A program made the position numbers and the translations under genes. This document shows, piece by piece, positions 14,936 through 15,642 of a stretch of DNA of 15,642 bases. The notes under the pieces are model-generated. The model did not search any database. It had not been told where the DNA came from and worked only from the letters and a program-made list of their open reading frames with translations. The stretch is from Saprospiraceae bacterium (GTDB lineage: Bacteria; Bacteroidota; Bacteroidia; Chitinophagales; Saprospiraceae). Where the stretch lies: assembly GCA_965662365.1 (NCBI GenBank), contig CBFIHR010000093.1, positions 1 through 15,642 on the forward strand. The letters are read 5' to 3'. Within the stretch, counting starts at the first letter, position 1. Every line of letters begins with the position of its first letter.

Positions 14936-15642
14936 ATGTTTGAAACAAAATTAAAAGATACCCTGAAACCAATTTACAAAGAAATGTTGGATAAGATTTC
15001 TAAAAAAGATACTGTAACTTTTTGTGCTCAATGGGGAGAAGATTTTCCAACGGAAAAAAATCAAGGAATTTTATTTATCGGAAAAGCAACAAACGGATGG
15101 GTTCCAAAATCAGAAAGCAAAGATGTAGATGTTCTTTTTGAAAAAGGAGGAATATTTGCAAGACCTAAACAAATGACTTGGGTTAAAGAGAAACATGGAA
15201 ATTATAATCCTAAAAGGTCTGCATTTTGGAGAATTATTAACAAGATTAGTTCACCAAGTTATGGAAAGAATTGGCTTGAAAATACAGCATGGTCAAATAC
15301 TTACAAAGTTAGTAATAAGAAAGGAAACCCAAGTTCAAAGTTAAGAACTGAACAAGAAGAATATTGTATCAAAATATTAGAAAAAGAAATTGAAATCTTA
15401 TCACCTAAATACGTTGTGTTTTTGACATCTGATTGGGAACGTTTCTTTATAAATCACCTCAAAAAAAATGACGATTTTAAATTTTTAAATAAAGAGGAAT
15501 GGGGACGAAGAAGAGGCAAAAGAAAACATGAAAAGTATTACTCACAATCATATTCATTAAATGATACAATTTACATAACATCATTTCACCCACAAGGAAA
15601 AAGTGAAAAAGCTCATGCGAAGGCAATTAGAACTTTGATGAC
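14936..15642 (+). CDS. Partial CDS running off the window end; uracil-DNA-glycosylase-fold-like protein (UDG superfamily topology), very low GC
   Basis: Hand translation: MFETKLKDTLKPIYKEMLDK...GILFIGKATNGW...NTAWSNTYKV...EEYCIKILEKEIEILSPKYVVFLTSDWERF...IYITSFHPQGKSEKAHAKAIRTLM. Motif order (G-x-LF-x-G-x-A-x-x-G, then a Y/F-x-T/V-N-x-x-K-like strand, then E-x-x-C, then a C-terminal HPxG) parallels motifs A and B of family 4/5 UDG-fold proteins with substitutions. Open from the stop at 14915-14917, first ATG at 14936, no stop before 15642. Not in the supplied ORF track because it is incomplete. Confidence 0.45.
   Translation, partial: MFETKLKDTLKPIYKEMLDKISKKDTVTFCAQWGEDFPTEKNQGILFIGKATNGWVPKSESKDVDVLFEKGGIFARPKQMTWVKEKHGNYNPKRSAFWRIINKISSPSYGKNWLENTAWSNTYKVSNKKGNPSSKLRTEQEEYCIKILEKEIEILSPKYVVFLTSDWERFFINHLKKNDDFKFLNKEEWGRRRGKRKHEKYYSQSYSLNDTIYITSFHPQGKSEKAHAKAIRTLM

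Overview
AT-rich window, most likely from a Bacteroidota (Flavobacteriia-like) chromosome. Taxonomy is inferred from tmRNA and tRNA features and from a recurring TAnnTTTG-type -7 box, not from any search. The window opens at the 3' end of an rRNA operon (5S rRNA), followed by ssrA (tmRNA). A run of core genes follows: a lipoprotein, hpt, a flavin reductase-like protein, tRNA-Gln(TTG), a three-gene ABC ATPase / FtsX-type permease / small secreted Cys-protein module, an SCP2 protein, a polytopic membrane protein and hutI. The accessory-looking part starts at about 9.7 kb. It contains a visibly lower-GC gene for a stand-alone caspase-like CHAT protease with an unassigned N-terminal domain. Next to it is a YqiJ/NfeD-like plus flotillin-like (SPFH) gene pair. 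Downstream lies a 0.5 kb repeat-rich non-coding stretch that ends in a 181-bp nested palindromic element built from four GGTTCnnnGAACC hairpin units. The window then runs off into a very low-GC, UDG-fold-like gene. No CRISPR array, transposase, integrase or recognisable restriction-modification or toxin gene is present. The most novel candidate is the orphan CHAT protease and its possible link to the adjacent SPFH/NfeD pair. The second is the palindromic element in front of the low-GC terminal gene. Most minus-strand ORFs in the supplied track are antisense artefacts of real genes.
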